Origin: Candidatus Latescibacterota bacterium
GTDB lineage: Bacteria > Latescibacterota > UBA2968 > UBA8231
Reading direction: 5' to 3'
Length of the DNA stretch: 64,000 nucleotides
NCBI GenBank assembly: GCA_965221775.1
Contig: CBDCSU010000005.1
Coordinates: forward strand, 1,184,001 to 1,248,000
Shown: piece after piece, positions 61,138-64,000 of the stretch
How the letters are laid out: each line of letters begins with the position of its first letter
How positions within the stretch are numbered: position 1 is the stretch's first letter
Notes under the pieces: generated by a model
Told to the model about the DNA's origin: nothing
The model's database searches: none
The model's input: only the letters and a program-made list of their open reading frames with translations
Made by a program: the position numbers and the translations under genes

Positions 61138-62064
61138 CTATGGCTGCCATGACACCTCCGGGGGCCCGAAGGTGCCATAGCCGCCTTGTCCGGACCGGCG
61201 GATGGGGGACCGGAGGATCCTGAAGATCCCCCAGGAACGGAACCAGCGGCCGCGGTCGGAGGCGGCCGGGTCATAGCCATGCGCCAACAGCGACTTGACC
61301 GCATGGGGCGACGCCGGTATGTGCCAGAGCGGCCAGGAGTAGGCCCCTGCCTTCCACGAACCGGAGCATCCCTGAGTGAGCGTTCGTTTCGGGCTTCCGA
61401 ATACGGGATGCCGGCTCAATCCCAGGATAGCCAGGGCTTCGGGGCCCGGGTTCGTGAGCTTCGGGTCGGGTCCTGACTTCAGCGCGGGATTGCAGGCTCT
61501 CAGAGCATACACCCGGTCATCAACGATGTCCCAGCCCAGAGAAGGGAGCTTGCTCGCATACTCCCATGGACCCTGGAGACCGGAGAGCAAGTCCCCACGT
61601 GAGACTCCGCTGAGGATTCGGCGAGCCGTGGCGAGGAACTTCTGCTGCCCCGCCGAGAAATAGAGGTCCGACGGCTTGGCGACGCCTTGATTGTCCAGAC
61701 TTCCTTCGGCTACCAGGGCGGCAATCAGACCGCCGGTCAAGACGCACCGGTCGGCCGAGGAGAGATACGTCCGCAGATCGTCAGGGGTGAGCTTCAGTTC
61801 ATCCCCTTTGGGCATGGCCGCGCCGTTCCGTAGCCTGGGGTTGGTTGCGTGGCTGTCCCTCCACAGGACAAGGGCCTTCATGCACTGATCCGCCAGGCGC
61901 TCAAGGCTGAACTCTCCATCCACGACTGCATGGGGAACGACGCCATCCTTCCACCAGAGCCGAGGCTTCTCACGCTCAGTGGCAAATGCAAGTTGAACGC
62001 CGACGGCGGCGAGAAAGCCCAAGGGGTTTGTTCCTTCGAGACCCGTGAGGTCGGTCTGGTTCAT
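61138..62064 (-). CDS. Type I-G (I-U) short large subunit, Cas8g2/Csb3-like
   Basis: MNQTDLTGLEGTNPLGFLAAVG, LYFSAGQQKF, LGWD, NPGPEALAILGL, YSWPLW, GYGTF; lies between cas3 and the array. Confidence 0.75.
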   Translation of the reverse strand: MNQTDLTGLEGTNPLGFLAAVGVQLAFATEREKPRLWWKDGVVPHAVVDGEFSLERLADQCMKALVLWRDSHATNPRLRNGAAMPKGDELKLTPDDLRTYLSSADRCVLTGGLIAALVAEGSLDNQGVAKPSDLYFSAGQQKFLATARRILSGVSRGDLLSGLQGPWEYASKLPSLGWDIVDDRVYALRACNPALKSGPDPKLTNPGPEALAILGLSRHPVFGSPKRTLTQGCSGSWKAGAYSWPLWHIPASPHAVKSLLAHGYDPAASDRGRWFRSWGIFRILRSPIRRSGQGGYGTFGPPEVSWQP

Positions 62065-64000
62065 GGTGCTCGGCCTCCTCGCCGGTCTGTTGATGATCGG
62101 CCAGCCGCAGGATCGCCTCGAACCAGGCCAGGCCGTGGTATCCGTACCGTTCGACCAGGCGCCAGAAACGGTCGGCCATGTCGAGAGCCAGGGTGCTTTC
62201 CACGAGATCGGAGTTGGCCTCCAGGAGGTGTCCGGCCAAGGTACAGGTGAGTCTCCGAGGCTCCGGATCCTCAACTATGGGCAACAACGGACGCCCCCAT
62301 CCGTGGTGAGTTCCGACCAAGTAGAGAACCAGGTCTTTATCGTGGGCACCCTCCAGGATGCCCGGGTTCGACGCTGCCATGGCGACGCTGGCCACTTCAT
62401 GTCGCATTCCCGTCGGACAGTGGCCCCCTCTTGCAACCCTCCGCAGAGATTTGGCAAGGGGCTCCCTCTGCATTTCCAATTCCACTGGATCACCCCCCAC
62501 CAACTCGGCCTGGAAGCGCCTGTCCACCTTCCCGAGGTCGTGTAGAAGGCCGGCCAGGCGCAGATCCCCCCGCAGTTCGGAGGGAAAGCCCAGAGACTCG
62601 GCGATGTGGCCTGCCCGCTCCCTTACACCATCGAGATGCCGGCTCAGCGTCACACCCGTACCGATCAGGGAGCCCGACTGGTCCGAGCCGTCCATGGCAG
62701 CAGTGTCCACTATCGGGCCTTTGGTCCCGCCATGCCGCTCTGTCAAGACGTAATAGCCATGGTCTGAACCGTGTTCCCCGAGCCCTACCGAGTCTATTTC
62801 AAAGCCGTCGCCCAACCTCTCCAGGGTCTCGCGCTCCCAGTCGAGTCGTTGGCCAGAGTCGGCGCTCCATCGATGCAGCCAGTCTCCGACTCGTTCCTCA
62901 TTGGATGAACCCTCTGCAGGATCGACGGAAGGCAACGGCGGGGACACGATGCCGGGCAGTCGCGGATCGAGGCGCAAGGTTGCTCTTCGGCTGCAGGCGA
63001 CTTGCGCCACATCTCCAAGGTCGGCCACATGCTCTCTCGAAGAGGGATCCCAGTTCGCGGCTCTCAGGCCGCCTCGACGGGGATCCACGATGAGAATGTC
63101 CCCTGGATCAACCGCATCAGCCGGAATGCACTCCGGACCGCTGTCGAATCCCATCCAGCGCACCCATTCGGTCTCTCGGTCGGCACCTCGATCACCATCC
63201 GCGGTGTCCACCTCGCCGCAGCTGGAAAGCCAGGACTTGGCGGCATCGATGGAAACTGGCAGGAACTCCGACGGCCGCGGCGGGACCAGCCGAAGTGCCT
63301 CCTCGGATCTGTCCCATCGCCAGACGATGGAGACATCCGGAGCACACCTCCTCCCCAGACCGCGCAGGAACCAATCAACGGAAGGCTGCACGATCGGCTG
63401 CGGGCTGGTCTGGGTCCAGGCGTCCATGTGCGTCTTCAGCAGCCGGGGAGCTCGAGCCCTTGGAGCAAGAGCCTCGCTTGGGAAGTCCTGGAGAGAGGCT
63501 GGCCCCACATCGATCGGACCATCCTTGCTTCTGCGTTCGAGTTCGGCCCAGGTCGCCTTGACGGAGGAAACCACCGGCCTGCAGCCCACGATCCAGGCTC
63601 GAGCGGACCTTCCCGTCCGCGAGGAGTACCTGCCACGCCGGTCGAGGCGGCCGAGTCGCTGTCGCAGGCTGTCTATGGGAGCACACTCGGTGATGAGGGC
63701 GTCGAAGGTGAAGTCGGCCCCGACCTCGATGGCTTGCGTGGAAACGACGATGGTCAGTCCCTCCCCTCGCCCTGCACCATCCGGATCAAGGGCGGAACCG
63801 ATTCTTGCCACGGTGTCCAAGCGGTCCAATGGCCGCATGCGTCCGGTGACCAGAAAGGTGGTATAGCCTCTATCTCGGAGCGTTCGATGGACTTCCCGGG
63901 CCATTCGCACCCGGTTCACCACGACCCCGACGGTTCGGATGTCCTGGCGAGATTCCAGCTTGCCCACTGACTTGACGATCTTGAGAACGGCACCCGGCAT
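61976..64000 (-). CDS. cas3: Type I-G Cas3 (helicase with C-terminal HD nuclease); 5' part outside window
   Basis: VVVNRV, TGRMRPLDR, VSTQAIEVGAD, QRLGRLDRRG, followed by HLDGV...HDLGK...RHE...HHG...LADH. Confidence 0.93.
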   Translation of the reverse strand: MPGAVLKIVKSVGKLESRQDIRTVGVVVNRVRMAREVHRTLRDRGYTTFLVTGRMRPLDRLDTVARIGSALDPDGAGRGEGLTIVVSTQAIEVGADFTFDALITECAPIDSLRQRLGRLDRRGRYSSRTGRSARAWIVGCRPVVSSVKATWAELERRSKDGPIDVGPASLQDFPSEALAPRARAPRLLKTHMDAWTQTSPQPIVQPSVDWFLRGLGRRCAPDVSIVWRWDRSEEALRLVPPRPSEFLPVSIDAAKSWLSSCGEVDTADGDRGADRETEWVRWMGFDSGPECIPADAVDPGDILIVDPRRGGLRAANWDPSSREHVADLGDVAQVACSRRATLRLDPRLPGIVSPPLPSVDPAEGSSNEERVGDWLHRWSADSGQRLDWERETLERLGDGFEIDSVGLGEHGSDHGYYVLTERHGGTKGPIVDTAAMDGSDQSGSLIGTGVTLSRHLDGVRERAGHIAESLGFPSELRGDLRLAGLLHDLGKVDRRFQAELVGGDPVELEMQREPLAKSLRRVARGGHCPTGMRHEVASVAMAASNPGILEGAHDKDLVLYLVGTHHGWGRPLLPIVEDPEPRRLTCTLAGHLLEANSDLVESTLALDMADRFWRLVERYGYHGLAWFEAILRLADHQQTGEEAEHHEPDRPHGSRRNKPLGLSRRRRRSTCICH

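Overview
GC-rich bacterial chromosome segment. Two secreted proteins end in FlgD/T9SS-type-A-like C-terminal domains, which suggests an FCB-group lineage such as Latescibacterota. The high density of eukaryote-like repeat proteins (ankyrin, LRR, NHL, YWTD, cadherin, FN3) suggests a host-associated, possibly sponge, symbiont. Both assignments are inference. In order, the window holds: glnD (partial), lon, hflX and an HD hydrolase; a two-gene MBL/PD-(D/E)XK nuclease cassette; a betaine/proline-type ABC transporter with a DapA-like aldolase, divergent from an FAD oxidoreductase and hydantoinase B/A; an LRR lipoprotein; a GH16 multidomain protein and a 2524-aa adhesin-dehydrogenase fusion facing outwards from a LacI gene, each preceded by one copy of an inverted ~300-bp leader with paired TACACGTGTA-type operators; sulfatase, NHL, beta-helix and GHL10 genes; HAD, amidohydrolase and aceE; six ankyrin genes interrupted by a low-GC lipoprotein and a dinJ/truncated-yafQ module; an AlkP-family enzyme ending in an antitoxin-like tail; a SoxR-controlled Rieske protein; a large membrane protein; and a 4-repeat degenerate CRISPR mini-array directly abutting type I-G (I-U) cas8 and cas3, with no adaptation genes in between. 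All calls come from motif reading by eye; no database searches were run.
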